Positions 20,725 through 33,443 of a stretch of DNA of 64,000 nt are shown piece by piece (position 1 is the stretch's first letter; each line of letters begins with the position of its first letter). The position numbers and the translations under genes are program-made. The notes beneath the pieces were generated by a model. That model was not told the origin of the DNA, searched no databases, and saw only the letters and a program-made list of their open reading frames with translations. Origin of the DNA: Alphaproteobacteria bacterium (lineage in GTDB: Bacteria; Pseudomonadota; Alphaproteobacteria; SHVV01); contig OZ253470.1 of the NCBI GenBank assembly GCA_965261735.1, positions 3,840,001-3,904,000 on the forward strand, read 5' to 3'.

Positions 20725-22116
20725 ATGAGCGACCCAGAGGCGCACCCCGGCGCCGCGACGACCCCGTCGGATGCGGCCTATGGCCTCGATCCCGTCTTCG
20801 TCCGCGAGGTGGTCGCGGCGCTCGACGACGGCGAGCCCGAGCGCGTGCGCGGCCGCGTCGTCGCGCTGCACGCCGCCGACGTGGCCGACCTGCTCGACCA
20901 AATCACGGCCGACCAGCGGCGCGTACTAATCGATGCGCTTCGCGCCGGCCTCGATCCGGATGTCCTCACTGAGCTCGACGAGCGCATTCGCGGTGACGTC
21001 GTCGGTCAGCTCGAAACGGGCGAGCTTGCCGCCGCGGTGGCCGAACTCGACACCGACGATGCGGTCGACGTGCTCAAGGCACTCGACGAGACCGACCAAC
21101 GCGACGTCCTCAACGCGGTCCCCGCCGAGGACCGGATGGTGATCGAGCAGGCGCTGGCCCACCCGGAGGACACCGCCGGCCGGCTGATGCAGCGCGACCT
21201 CGTCGCCGTGCCCGAGTTTTGGACCGTCGGCCAGACCATCGACTTCCTGCGCGAGAGCGACGATCTGCCGGTCAAGTTCTACGAAATCTTCGTCGTCGAT
21301 CCGGCCCATCGGCCGATCGGCACCATTCCCCTCGACCGGGCGATGCGCTCCAAGCGCGAGGTGGTGGCGGGCGACATCATGGACCCCAACCCGCTTGCCA
21401 TCCCCGTGGCCACGGACCAGGAGGAGGTGGCCTACGCGTTCCAGCAATACGACCATACCTCGGCGCCGGTGATCGACGCTGCCGGCCGGCTCGTCGGTGT
21501 CATCATGATCGACGATATCGTCGACGTGATCCACGAGGAGCACGAGGAGGACCTTTTGCGCCTCGGTGGCGTCGGCTCGGGCGACCTCCACGAATCGGCC
21601 GTCGTGACCACGCGACGGCGCTTCTCGTGGCTGCTCGTGAACCTCGGCACCGCCATCATCGCATCGGTCGTCATCGCCTTTTTCGACGCCACCATCGAAA
21701 AGATCGTCGCTCTCGCCATCCTTATGCCGATCGTCGCCTCGATGGGCGGCAATGCCGGGACACAAACGCTGACCGTCACCGTACGCGCACTCGCCACCAA
21801 GGACCTGACCGCGACCAACGCCATGCGGCTCGTGAACAAGGAGGTCGTGGTCGGCTTCTTCAACGGCGTGGTGTTCGCGAGCCTCATCGGCGTCGTGGCC
21901 GGGTTGTGGTTCGGCGATGCCGGGCTCGGCGCCGTGCTGGCCGCGGCCATGGTCATCAACTTGCTGATCGCCGGGCTCGCCGGCATCCTCATTCCGCTCG
22001 CATTGGTGCGTCTGCACATCGATCCCGCGCTCGCCGCGAGCGTCTTTCTCACCACCATCACGGACGTCGTCGGCTTCGGCGCGTTCCTCGGCCTCGGCGC
22101 CTGGCTGCTCCTGTGA
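20725..22116 (+). CDS. mgtE: Magnesium transporter MgtE
   Basis: N-domain, CBS pair (TAGRLM), MPIVASMGGNAGTQ, TTITDVVG. Confidence 0.95.
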   Translation: MSDPEAHPGAATTPSDAAYGLDPVFVREVVAALDDGEPERVRGRVVALHAADVADLLDQITADQRRVLIDALRAGLDPDVLTELDERIRGDVVGQLETGELAAAVAELDTDDAVDVLKALDETDQRDVLNAVPAEDRMVIEQALAHPEDTAGRLMQRDLVAVPEFWTVGQTIDFLRESDDLPVKFYEIFVVDPAHRPIGTIPLDRAMRSKREVVAGDIMDPNPLAIPVATDQEEVAYAFQQYDHTSAPVIDAAGRLVGVIMIDDIVDVIHEEHEEDLLRLGGVGSGDLHESAVVTTRRRFSWLLVNLGTAIIASVVIAFFDATIEKIVALAILMPIVASMGGNAGTQTLTVTVRALATKDLTATNAMRLVNKEVVVGFFNGVVFASLIGVVAGLWFGDAGLGAVLAAAMVINLLIAGLAGILIPLALVRLHIDPALAASVFLTTITDVVGFGAFLGLGAWLLL

Positions 22117-22174
22117 GGCCGCGGTGGCGAGGCCCCCGGCCCTGCGTCTATAGTGGCGCCCGTGAGGCACCGCG

Positions 22175-23347
22175 ATGATCCCGAATGAGCTGCCCTCGCT
22201 CGACTTCGACCTCGGCGCGGACGCCAACCTGCTGCGCGAATCGGTGCGCGCCTTCACGGCCGACGAAATTGCGCCGCGCGCCGCCGATATTGACGCCGCC
22301 AACGAGTTTCCCGCCGACCTGTGGCGCAAGATGGGCGCAATCGGGCTGCTCGGCATCACCGTCGAGGACGCCTATGGCGGGGCCGGCATGGGCTACGTCG
22401 AGCACGTCGTCGCGATGGAGGAGGTGAGCCGCGGCTCGGCCGCGGTGGGCCTTAGCTACGGCGCTCACTCCAACCTCTGCGTCAACCAAATCCGCAGCAA
22501 CGGCAGCGAAGAGCAAAAGCGCCGCTTCCTACCCGACCTCATTAGCGGCGCCCACGTGGGCGCGCTGGCGATGAGCGAGACGGGTGCCGGCTCCGACGTC
22601 GTCGGCATGAGGCTGCGCGCAGACAAGACGGCGAGCGGATACCTCCTCAACGGTAGCAAGATGTGGATCACCAACGGCCCCGATGCCGACGTGGTCGTGG
22701 TCTACGCCAAGACCGACGCAGGAGCCGGTGCCCGCGGCATCACCGCCTTCATCGTCGAGAGGGGCCTGCCCGGCTTCACCACGGCGCAGAAGCTCGACAA
22801 GCTCGGCATGCGCGGATCCAACACCTGCGAGCTCGTCTTCCAGGACTGCGAGGTCGCCGCCGACCGCGTGCTCGACGAGGAGGGGCAGGGGGTCAAGGTG
22901 CTGATGAGCGGCCTCGACTACGAGCGCCTGGTGCTGGCCGGTGGGCCGCTCGGCCTCATGCAGGCGTGTCTCGACGTGGTGCTACCCTACATCCACGAGC
23001 GCCAGCAGTTCGGCCGGCCGATCGGCGAGTTCCAGCTCATGCAGGGCAAGATCGCCGACATGTACACGACGCTCAATGCGAGCAAGGCCTACGTCTATGC
23101 CGTGGCCAAGGCCTGCGACCGCGGCGAGACCACGCGCAAGGACGCGGCCGGCGCCATCCTCTATGCCGCCGAGAGGGCGACGTGGATGGCGCTCGAGGCG
23201 ATCCAGTGCCTGGGCGCCAACGGCTACATCAACGACTATCCCACCGGGCGGCTGCTGCGCGATGCCAAGCTCTACGAGATCGGCGCCGGCACTTCGGAGA
23301 TCCGCCGTATGCTCATCGGCCGCGAGCTGTTCGCCGAGACGGCGTAA
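22175..23347 (+). CDS. liuA: Isovaleryl-CoA dehydrogenase
   Basis: [36 protein letters not shown]. Confidence 0.93.
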   Translation: MIPNELPSLDFDLGADANLLRESVRAFTADEIAPRAADIDAANEFPADLWRKMGAIGLLGITVEDAYGGAGMGYVEHVVAMEEVSRGSAAVGLSYGAHSNLCVNQIRSNGSEEQKRRFLPDLISGAHVGALAMSETGAGSDVVGMRLRADKTASGYLLNGSKMWITNGPDADVVVVYAKTDAGAGARGITAFIVERGLPGFTTAQKLDKLGMRGSNTCELVFQDCEVAADRVLDEEGQGVKVLMSGLDYERLVLAGGPLGLMQACLDVVLPYIHERQQFGRPIGEFQLMQGKIADMYTTLNASKAYVYAVAKACDRGETTRKDAAGAILYAAERATWMALEAIQCLGANGYINDYPTGRLLRDAKLYEIGAGTSEIRRMLIGRELFAETA

Positions 23348-23371
23348 AGGCCGCGCACTCGAGGAGGGCCC

Positions 23372-23974
23372 ATGTCCGACCCGGTCGAGTTCTATTTCGA
23401 TTTCTCCTCGCCCTACGGCTATCTCGCGAGCACGCGCATCGAGGGCATCGCCGCGCTCAATTCGCGCGCCTGCGCGTGGCGGCCCTTCCTGCTCGGGACG
23501 CTGTTCAAGATCGTCGGCAGCGCGCCGATGACGAGCTACCCGATGAAGGGCGACTACGGCAAGCACGACATCGAGCGCACGGCGCGGCGGCTGCGCGTGC
23601 CACTACGATGGCCGGCGAGCTTTCCTCAAGGCACGGTATCGCCGGCGCGCGCGTTCTACTGGATTGCGGACCAGGACGAGGAGACCGCCAAGTCCTTTGC
23701 CCGCGCCGTCTATCACGGCTATTTCGGCGAGGGCGAGGACGTGACTTCGCCGGAATCGACAGCCGACATCGCGGCGACCGTCGGCCTCGACCGCGCCGCT
23801 GTGCTGGCCGCCCTGCAGGAGCCGGCGGTCAAGGAGCGCCTCAAGCAGGAGAACGATCAGGCCATCGCACGCGGCGTGTTCGGCTCGCCCTTCGTGTTCA
23901 TCGACGGCGAGCCCTTCTGGGGCAACGACAAGCTCGACGAGGCACAGAAATGGCTGCACAGCGGCGGCTGGTAA
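23372..23974 (+). CDS. Kappa-class GST / 2-hydroxychromene-2-carboxylate isomerase (DsbA family)
   Basis: FYFDFSSPYGYL, GVFGSPF, FWGND. Confidence 0.88.
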   Translation: MSDPVEFYFDFSSPYGYLASTRIEGIAALNSRACAWRPFLLGTLFKIVGSAPMTSYPMKGDYGKHDIERTARRLRVPLRWPASFPQGTVSPARAFYWIADQDEETAKSFARAVYHGYFGEGEDVTSPESTADIAATVGLDRAAVLAALQEPAVKERLKQENDQAIARGVFGSPFVFIDGEPFWGNDKLDEAQKWLHSGGW

Positions 23975-23996
23975 TAAGCAGTAGCCGGAGCGCGCG

Positions 23997-25604
<1,608 letters not shown>

Positions 25605-25607
25605 CCG

Positions 25608-26399
25608 ATGGACGCGCCCGGCGTTGTCGTCGAGGTCGCCGCGGACGGGTTCGCCACGCTCACGCTCGACCGCCCCGAGCGGCACAATGCCTTCGACGAC
25701 GTGCTCGTCGGCGAGCTCGCGCAGGCGCTCTCCGACCTTGCCGCCAACGATGCCGTGCGCGGTGTTGCCTTCGCCGCCCGCGGCAAGAGCTTCAGCGCCG
25801 GCGCCGACCTCAACTGGATGAAGCGCACGGCCGGCTATGACGCGGCGCAAAACCGCGCCGACGCGCGCGCCGTCGCGCACATGCTCAAGACCCTCGACGA
25901 GCTGCCCAAGCCGACGCTGGCGCTGGTGCAGGGGCCGGCCTACGGCGGCGGCGTCGGTCTCATCGCCTGTTGCGACATTGCGGTTGCGGTGGAGGATGCG
26001 GTGTTCGCCCTGACCGAGGTCCGCCTCGGCCTCCTCCCGGCCGTGATCTCGCCCTACGTCGTCGCCGCCATCGGCGCCCGCGCGGCGCGCCGTGTCTTTC
26101 TCACCGCCGAGCGCTTCGATGCGTTCGAGGCCAACCGCCTCGGGCTCGTGCACGAGGTGGTTGCGGACGAGGCCGCGTTGGCCGAGGCTTGTGCGCGCAT
26201 CAAGAGGCGTCTCGGCGCCGGGGCGCCGGGGGCGATCGCGGCAGCCAAGGACCTCATCGCCCACGTCAACGGGCGGCCGATCGACGATGCCCTGCTCGAC
26301 GAGACCGCGCGGCGTATCGCCGAGGCGCGCGCGGGCGACGAGGGCAAGGAGGGCGTCGCCGCTTTTCTCGGCAAGCGCAAGCCCAAGTGGACCGGCTGA
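25608..26399 (+). CDS. liuC: Methylglutaconyl-CoA hydratase (crotonase family)
   Basis: FSAGADLNWM, YGGGVGL, EVRLGLLPAVISPYV; liu context. Confidence 0.85.
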   Translation: MDAPGVVVEVAADGFATLTLDRPERHNAFDDVLVGELAQALSDLAANDAVRGVAFAARGKSFSAGADLNWMKRTAGYDAAQNRADARAVAHMLKTLDELPKPTLALVQGPAYGGGVGLIACCDIAVAVEDAVFALTEVRLGLLPAVISPYVVAAIGARAARRVFLTAERFDAFEANRLGLVHEVVADEAALAEACARIKRRLGAGAPGAIAAAKDLIAHVNGRPIDDALLDETARRIAEARAGDEGKEGVAAFLGKRKPKWTG

Positions 26400-26415
26400 G
26401 CGCCTAGCCCGCACC

Positions 26416-28431
26416 ATGTTCGCCAAGCTGCTGATCGCCAACCGCGGCGAGATCGCCTGCCGCATCATGCGCACGGCCCATCGCCTCGGCATCGGCACGG
26501 TCGCCATCTACTCCGAGGCCGACGCCGCGGCACGGCACGTCGCGTTGGCCGACGAGGCGTATCTCGTCGGGCCGCCGCCGGCCGCCGCGAGCTACCTCGA
26601 CGGCGCGCGCATTATCGAGGTGGCCCGTCGCGCGGGCGCCGAGGCGCTCCATCCGGGCTACGGCTTTCTCGCCGAGAATGCCGACTTCGCGGCGGCGTGC
26701 GAGGCCGCGGGCCTCGTCTTCGTCGGTCCGCCCGCCCGCGCGATACGGCTCATGGGCTCGAAGCGCGCGGCGCACCAGCTCATGTCGGAAGCCGGCGTAC
26801 CCGTGGCGCCGGGCTACCGCGGCAGCGACCAACGCCTCGCGAGGTTGCGCCGCGAGGCCGGCCGGATCGGCTACCCGGTCCTGATCAAGCCGGCGCTCGG
26901 GGGCGGCGGCAAGGGCATACGGCGTATCGACGCCGCGGCCGAGTTCGATGCCGCCGTGCGTTCGGCCCGGCGCGAGAGCGCATCTGCGTTCGGCGACCGG
27001 CAGTTGGTCGTCGAGTCCTACCTCGGCAACTGCCGCCACGTCGAAATACAGGTCTTCGCCGACCGGTACGGACAAGTGGTCCACCTGTTCGAGCGCGACT
27101 GCTCGATCCAACGCCGCCACCAAAAGATCATCGAGGAAGCGCCCGCCCCGAGCCTGTCCGATAAGCAACGCGGCCTGATGGGCGAGGCCGCGGTGGCTGT
27201 GGCGCGCGCGGTCGACTATGTCGGCGCGGGCACAGTCGAGTTCATGGCCGAAGTCGGCGGTGGCGGCGCCTTCTACTTCATGGAGATGAACACGCGCCTA
27301 CAGGTCGAGCATCCGGTGACCGAAATGGTCACCGGCACGGACCTCGTCGAGTGGCAGCTCGTCGTCGCCGCCGGCGAAGCGTTGCCGCTCGGCCAGCACG
27401 ATCTCGCGATCACCGGTCACGCGATCGAGGCCCGCCTTTACGCCGAGGACGCCGAGCGCGAATTTCTCCCGTCCGCCGGGACCTTGCGCGACTACCGGAT
27501 GCCGCGGGAGGGGCCGCACGTCCGCGTCGACAGCGGCGTCGGCGCGGGCGATATCATTGGAGCGCACTACGATCCGATGATCGCCAAGCTCATCGTCCAC
27601 GACCGCGACCGGCCGACGGCGGTCCGGCACCTCCAGGCCGCGTTGGCTCAGGTGCATATCGCCGGCGTCGCCACGAACCTTGGGTTCCTTACGCGGCTCG
27701 CGCATCTGCGGGCCTTTGCGGCGGGCCGGCTCGACACGAACTTTCTCGAGCACCATCGTGAGCGGCTCTTCCCGCCGCCGACGCCGGCCTCGGGGCGGGA
27801 GCTGGCCCTGGCCGCGCTCGAGGTGCTTCTCGCCCGCGAGGCAAACCACGCGGCCGATACCGCCAACTCGCCCGATCCGCGGTCGCCGTGGCACCGCCTC
27901 GACGCCTGGCGCCTTAACGCCGAGGGTCGGGAGGTGCTGCACTTCGTCGACGGCGAGCGCGAGGTTGCCGTCGGCGTCGGGTACCCCCGGGATGGCGGTT
28001 ATTGGCTCGAGCTTCCGGACGGCGTCGTTCGCGCGCGGGCCGAGCGGGAGGGCGAGGGTAGCGTGGTTGCCGACCTCGGTGGGGTTAGGCTCACCGCCAC
28101 GGTCGTCCGCGAGGACGGCGCCCTCACGATCACCTGCCAGGGTGCGAGTCGAAGGCTCAGACATCACGATCCGCGCGCCGTCGCGGTGCACGAGGCGGCG
28201 GCGGCCGATACCGTGCGCGCGCCGATGCCGGGCAAGGTTATCGAGGTCAAAGGCCGCGCCGGGGCCCGCGTGGCGAGCGGCGCGACCCTCCTCGTCATCG
28301 AGGCGATGAAGATGGAGCACGCTGTCGTTGCGCCGGCCGATGGGATGGTGCGCCGGCTCCACTGTCGCCTTGGCGACATTGTGGAAGAGGGGGCGGTGCT
28401 CGTCGAGTTCGACGCCGGCGGCGACTCCTGA
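26416..28431 (+). CDS. liuD: 3-methylcrotonyl-CoA carboxylase alpha (biotin carboxylase + biotin carrier)
   Basis: LIANRGEIA, HPGYGFLAEN, EMNTRLQVEHPVTE, EAMKME. Confidence 0.92.
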   Translation: MFAKLLIANRGEIACRIMRTAHRLGIGTVAIYSEADAAARHVALADEAYLVGPPPAAASYLDGARIIEVARRAGAEALHPGYGFLAENADFAAACEAAGLVFVGPPARAIRLMGSKRAAHQLMSEAGVPVAPGYRGSDQRLARLRREAGRIGYPVLIKPALGGGGKGIRRIDAAAEFDAAVRSARRESASAFGDRQLVVESYLGNCRHVEIQVFADRYGQVVHLFERDCSIQRRHQKIIEEAPAPSLSDKQRGLMGEAAVAVARAVDYVGAGTVEFMAEVGGGGAFYFMEMNTRLQVEHPVTEMVTGTDLVEWQLVVAAGEALPLGQHDLAITGHAIEARLYAEDAEREFLPSAGTLRDYRMPREGPHVRVDSGVGAGDIIGAHYDPMIAKLIVHDRDRPTAVRHLQAALAQVHIAGVATNLGFLTRLAHLRAFAAGRLDTNFLEHHRERLFPPPTPASGRELALAALEVLLAREANHAADTANSPDPRSPWHRLDAWRLNAEGREVLHFVDGEREVAVGVGYPRDGGYWLELPDGVVRARAEREGEGSVVADLGGVRLTATVVREDGALTITCQGASRRLRHHDPRAVAVHEAAAADTVRAPMPGKVIEVKGRAGARVASGATLLVIEAMKMEHAVVAPADGMVRRLHCRLGDIVEEGAVLVEFDAGGDS

Positions 28432-28598
28432 CGAACGGCGCGAGCATGGCCCTGGCTGGCGCGCCGCGAGCCCGCCATGCCATTATGTGGGTGGCGGCGC
28501 GGAAGGGCTTTGGGGATATCATTCGTTGTGTTGTTGGTTGATTGCGGCGGGTGCGCGGATCGACCCGTCGCGCGCCGTTCTCATGACTGAGTCGACCG

Positions 28599-29999
28599 GT
28601 GACGGCTGCCGCTAGCGCGCGCCTGGACCGTCTGCCGGTACTCATCGCTGCGGCGACAAGCGCGGCCGCGCTCGCCGTCGCGCTGCTGCCCGCCCCCGGT
28701 GGGGCGGCCGCCGGTTTGATGAGCGCCGCAGCCCTGGCGATCTTTGCCATCGGCCTGTGGGCTACCGGTGTCGTCGGCGGCCACATCGTCGCGATCTGGT
28801 TCTTCCTCCTCGCGATGCTGTTCGGCGTGGCACCGGCGCAGGTCATCTTTTCGGGTTTTCACTCGACCGCGCTGTGGCTGATCTTCGGCGGCCTCATCGT
28901 CGGCGTCGCCGTACGTGAAACCGGCCTCGGTGCCCGCGTCGCGGGGCTGCTGGCCGAACGCTTCGGCCGCTCCTACGGCGGCATCGTCGCCGGGGTCGTT
29001 GTGGTCAGCATGGTGCTGGCATTCCTCATCCCCTCGGCGCTGGGGCGCATCATCTTGCTCACCCCCATCGTTCAGGCGCTGGCGCTGCGCTACGGCTTCG
29101 AACACGGCTCGCGCGGCTATGCGGGCATCATGCTGGCGATGGCATTTGGCGCCATGTTTCCGGCCTTCGCCATTCTCCCCGCCAACATTCCCAATCTCAT
29201 TCTCGCCGGCGGCAGCGAAGCCCTGTACGGCATCGTGCCCATCTACGGCGAGTATCTCCTGCTGCACTACCCTGTCTTGGGCCTCCTCAAGGGCGGGGTG
29301 ATCATCGTTCTGGTCACGGTTCTCTTTCGCGATGAGCCGAAGCCGCCGCGTGCCGCCCGGGACCGGAAGCCGATGTCGCAAGCCGAGCGCCGCCTGGCCA
29401 TAATCCTCGTAGCCTCCTTGGCGCTGTGGGCGACCGATTTCCTGCACCATATCTCGCCCGCCTGGATCGCGCTCGGCGCCGGCGCCCTGTGCCTGCTGCC
29501 AGGCATGAAAATGCTGGAGCCCTCGATCTTCAACGAGAAGATCAACTACGGCTCGCTCTTCTACGTGGCCGGCATCCTGGGGCTCGCCGGCATGATCGCG
29601 GACACCGGGCTCGGCGACGAGCTCGGCCGGTTTCTGCTCGAGCTTGCCGGCTTCGTCGAGGGTCAAACGGTGCGCAATTACGGCGCGTTGGTCGGCCTCA
29701 CCGCCGGCCTCGGGCTGATGACGACGCAGCCCGGCATTCCGGCCGTTCTCACGCCGCTGGGCGGCGCCATCGCCGAGGCTACCGACTGGCCCATCGCCAC
29801 CGTTCTCATGCTTCAGGTGGTCGGCTTTTCCTCGGTCATCCTGCCCTACCAGGCGCCTCCCCTGATTGTTGCCATTCAACTCACGAGCGTGCGCATCGCC
29901 GACGCGATGAGGCTCACGGTCGCCCTGTTCGTGGTCACGGTCGCGGTCTTGATTCCACTCGATTTTCTGTGGCTGCGCCTGCTCGGGTACCTGCCGTGA
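28599..29999 (+). CDS. SLC13/DASS-family anion permease
   Basis: Many TM segments; IPSALGR, PANIPN, LPYQAPP motifs. Confidence 0.8.
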   Translation: MTAAASARLDRLPVLIAAATSAAALAVALLPAPGGAAAGLMSAAALAIFAIGLWATGVVGGHIVAIWFFLLAMLFGVAPAQVIFSGFHSTALWLIFGGLIVGVAVRETGLGARVAGLLAERFGRSYGGIVAGVVVVSMVLAFLIPSALGRIILLTPIVQALALRYGFEHGSRGYAGIMLAMAFGAMFPAFAILPANIPNLILAGGSEALYGIVPIYGEYLLLHYPVLGLLKGGVIIVLVTVLFRDEPKPPRAARDRKPMSQAERRLAIILVASLALWATDFLHHISPAWIALGAGALCLLPGMKMLEPSIFNEKINYGSLFYVAGILGLAGMIADTGLGDELGRFLLELAGFVEGQTVRNYGALVGLTAGLGLMTTQPGIPAVLTPLGGAIAEATDWPIATVLMLQVVGFSSVILPYQAPPLIVAIQLTSVRIADAMRLTVALFVVTVAVLIPLDFLWLRLLGYLP

Positions 30000-30661
30000 G
30001 CCGGGCGCCGAGCTGTGCCATGGACTCGGGGCCCGGCCTCACCTACATTTGTGTCGGCGCACCGGGTCACGATGAGAGCGGAAATGGAGACTAACGTTCG
30101 GCGTAAGCTTGCGGCGATTCTCAGTGCCGACGTTGCCGGTTACAGCCGCCTCATGGGCGAGGACGAAGAGGCGACGCTGCGCCTCCTAAGCGATTATCGC
30201 GGCAAGATCGACATCCTGATCGACGCGCACGAGGGGCGCGTCGTCGGCCGCGCCGGCGACAGCGTCATGGCCGAATTCGGCAGCGCCGTCGAGGCCGTCC
30301 GCTGCGGCGTCGAAATGCAGGACACCCTACGCGCGCGCAATGAGGAGCTCGAACTGGACCGGCGGATGCAGTTCCGCATCGGCATCAACCTCGGCGACGT
30401 CATGATCGAGGGCGACGATCTCTTTGGTGACGGGGTGAACGTGGCGGCGCGGCTCGAGAAGCTGGCCCCGCCCGGCGGCCTGTGCATCTCGGGTACCGTG
30501 TTCGAGCAGGTGCGCGACCGACTGCCCTTCGACTTCGAGGATCTGGGCGAGCAGTCGGTGAAGAACATCACGCGGCCGGTGCACGTATATCGCGTGCCGT
30601 TAGGGCAAACGGCCCCCGGTGTCGCCGACAACAAGACGCCGGAGCTGCCCGACCGCCCCTC

Positions 30662-31766
30662 CTTGCCTATCCGGTTTACACCCACACCCACTAGGGCTAG
30701 AATGGGCGCAACCCGGATATAGGGGAGCGCGCCATGGATGTTCTCGACCGCGCCGATCTCCCATTCCCGCATTCGCTACCCGAGTTCCAGCGACTTTTCC
30801 CCGATGATGCGGCCTGCGCCGCCTACCTGGAGAAAGCCCGCTGGGGAGACGGCTTTGCCTGCCCGCACTGCGGCACGGCGGGAGAGCCGTTCCACTTTGA
30901 AAACCGCCCTGGCGTCCTGCGCTGCCGCAAGTGCCGCCAGAACACCGGGCTGACGGTGGGAACAGTGATGGAGCGTAGCCACACTCCGCTGAACGTCTGG
31001 TTCTGGGCCGCTTATCTGGTCGCCAGTCAGACGCCCGGCATGTCCGCCGTGCAGTTTCAGCGGCAACTTGGTCTTTCGCGCTACGAGACGGCCTTTCAAA
31101 TTCTCCACAAGCTCCGCTCGGGCATGGTGCGGCCCAACCAAGACAGGATCGGTGGACAGCCCAAGAACCATGTTGAGGTGGACGAAACCTGGGTTGGCGG
31201 GCGAACGCGTGGGGAAGGCCGTGGTGTTCACCACAAGGTTCCCGTCTCCTGTGCCATCGAGGTGCGTCATCGAAAGCCGGGCACCAAGCTCGACAACCGG
31301 AAAGACGGACGCTATGCCGGACGCGTTCGGCTCGCCGTCGTGCTCGACCGTAGCGCCGAGTCGCTCTGTGGGTTCGTCGAGAGCACCGTCGCGCCGCGAT
31401 CGCTGATCGTTACTGACGATTGGAGCGGCTATGCTGGCCTCGGGAAGCGCGGCTATGAGCACTTCGCTGTTGCCGAGTGTGGTGATCCAGAGGTTGCCGA
31501 GCAATACCTGCCGATCATCCATCTGGTTTTCGCCAACCTGAAGACGTGGCTGATCGGTATCCACCACGGCGTTAGCCACCAGCACCTACAAGCCTACCTC
31601 AACGAGTTCACCTTCCGCTTCAACAGGCGGTTCTACCCGTTCAACGCCTTCCGCTCATTGCTCGGCATCGCGGGCGACACCTCTGCTCCAACCTATGCCG
31701 AGCTTTACTCGGGAGAGTGGCGGCACCCTACATGTAGCGGTCATGGGCGTTAACCGGATAGGCAAG
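30662..31766 (+). mobile_element. IS1595-family element, copy 1 (1105 bp)
   Basis: 23-bp imperfect IRs (CTTGCCTATCCGGTTtACaCCCA); 8-bp TSD CGCCCCTC at 30654-30661 and 31767-31774. Confidence 0.95.
30734..31753 (+). CDS. IS1595-family transposase (intact)
   Basis: CPHC...CRKC zinc ribbon, HTH, EVDET, IVTD, IHLVFANLK, YLNEFTFRFNRR. Confidence 0.93.
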   Translation: MDVLDRADLPFPHSLPEFQRLFPDDAACAAYLEKARWGDGFACPHCGTAGEPFHFENRPGVLRCRKCRQNTGLTVGTVMERSHTPLNVWFWAAYLVASQTPGMSAVQFQRQLGLSRYETAFQILHKLRSGMVRPNQDRIGGQPKNHVEVDETWVGGRTRGEGRGVHHKVPVSCAIEVRHRKPGTKLDNRKDGRYAGRVRLAVVLDRSAESLCGFVESTVAPRSLIVTDDWSGYAGLGKRGYEHFAVAECGDPEVAEQYLPIIHLVFANLKTWLIGIHHGVSHQHLQAYLNEFTFRFNRRFYPFNAFRSLLGIAGDTSAPTYAELYSGEWRHPTCSGHGR

Positions 31767-33008
31767 CGCCCCTCTATTGCGGTGCTGCCGTTCAACAACA
31801 TGAGCGGCGATCCCGAGCAGGAGTACTTCAGTGACGGCATCACCGAGGACATCATCACCGACCTGTCCAAGGTGGCGGGCCTGTTCGTCATCGCCCGCAA
31901 CTCGGTCTTTGCCTACAAGGGCAAGTCGATCAACGTGGCGGAGGTCGGGCGCGAGCTCGGCGTGCGACATGTCCTCGAGGGCAGCGTGCGCAAGGCCGGC
32001 AAACGGGTGCGCATCACGGCGCAGCTGATCGACGGCGCCGACGGCGGCCACCTGTGGGCCGACCGCTACGACCGCGACCTTCAGGACATCTTTGCCGTCC
32101 AGGACGAGGTCACGCAGAAGATCGTCGCCGCCTTGCAGGTCAAGCTCAGCGAAGGGGAACGCGCGCGCCTGGCGCACAAGGATACCGAGAACCTCGAGGC
32201 CTATGACGAACTCCTGCGCGGCAAGCAGCTGTTCCTCGAGTTCACCAAGGAATCGAACCTCAAGGCACAGCAGATGTATGAGCGTGCGATCGCGCTCGAT
32301 CCCGACTACGCGGCGGCCCACGCCGAGCTTGCGCGGGTCTATGTCCAGGCCCGCAACCACGGCTGGAGCGATGATGGCGACGCGGCGATGGATAAGGCGT
32401 TCGAGCACGCCAGCGCCGCCGTCGCCCGCGACGAGGCGCTGGCCCAGGCCCACGTCGTGCTCGCGTTCATCCTGGTGTGGCGCAAGGATCTCGAACGTGC
32501 GCTGGCCGAGGTCGAGCGCGGCCTCGCGCTCGACCCCAACCACGCCGACGGCCACAGCTATCAGGCCATCATTCAGGGTTTCGCCGGCCGCCCGGAAGAG
32601 AGCGTACGGTGGGTCGACAAGGCCATGCGCCTCAACCCGGCCGCGCCGTTCTGGTATTTGTGGGCGCTCGGGGTCGCGTGCTTCTCGCTCGGGCGCTACC
32701 AGGACGTCGTGGCGGCGTGCCGCAAGTGCTCGGCCGCCAACCCCAACTTCGTCTTCGCCCACCTCTACTTAGCCGCCGCTTACGGCCAACTCGACCAGAA
32801 GGCCGAGGCCGCCGCCGAGGTCGAGGCCTGTCGGCGCCTCAACCACGAGGCCTCCACGGGCTGGGCGCGCCGCGTCATGCCGTTCGCGGACGCGGCGGTT
32901 CTGGAACGTTTCGTCCACGGCCTGAGCCAGGCCGGATTGCCCGAGTAACCACGCCTATCGGGCGTGCGCCGGTCCGCTAAGACAGCGTTCGGCGGCGAGG
33001 TCTTGGCG

Positions 33009-33443
33009 ATGCCCCTCCACCTACTCAAGATGAGCGTCGGCGTCGATGAGGTCGGCGAGCTCGTGCGCTGGCAGGCGGCCCGGCTGGCGCGCCAGCGCGC
33101 GGCCAGCGAGGCGCCCCGCATCCAGCATCTCACCCGCCACCGCCCGCAGCGCGCCGCCGAGATCCTCGACGGCGGATCGATTTACTGGGTCATTAGGGGC
33201 TGTATCCGCGTGCGCCAGCGCATTATCGCCATCGAACGCCTGGCCCACCAGGCGCCAGAGGGCAAGCGCTGCGCCCTGGTGCTCGATCCCGCACTCGTGC
33301 GCACCGAGCCGCAGCCGCGCCGGCCGCACCAGGGGTGGCGCTACCTCGCCGACATCGACGCGCCGCCCGATCTCGACGGCGCCGCCGCCGCCGGCGTCCC
33401 GCCGGAGCTCGCCGCCGAGCTCCGAACGCTAGGGCTGCTGTAG
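33009..33443 (+). CDS. DUF1489-family protein
   Basis: MPLHLLKMSVG, GGSIYWVIRG, RPHQGWRYL, LRTLGLL. Confidence 0.8.
   Translation: MPLHLLKMSVGVDEVGELVRWQAARLARQRAASEAPRIQHLTRHRPQRAAEILDGGSIYWVIRGCIRVRQRIIAIERLAHQAPEGKRCALVLDPALVRTEPQPRRPHQGWRYLADIDAPPDLDGAAAAGVPPELAAELRTLGLL

Larger units (their letters stand above)
30072..32948 (+). pseudogene. Class III cyclase + TolB-like + TPR gene interrupted by IS1595
   Basis: RKLAAILSADVAGYSRLM, FRIGINLGDV, GDGVNVAARLE; removing the IS plus one TSD restores ELPDRPSIAVLPFNNMS in frame; TPRs downstream. Confidence 0.92.
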
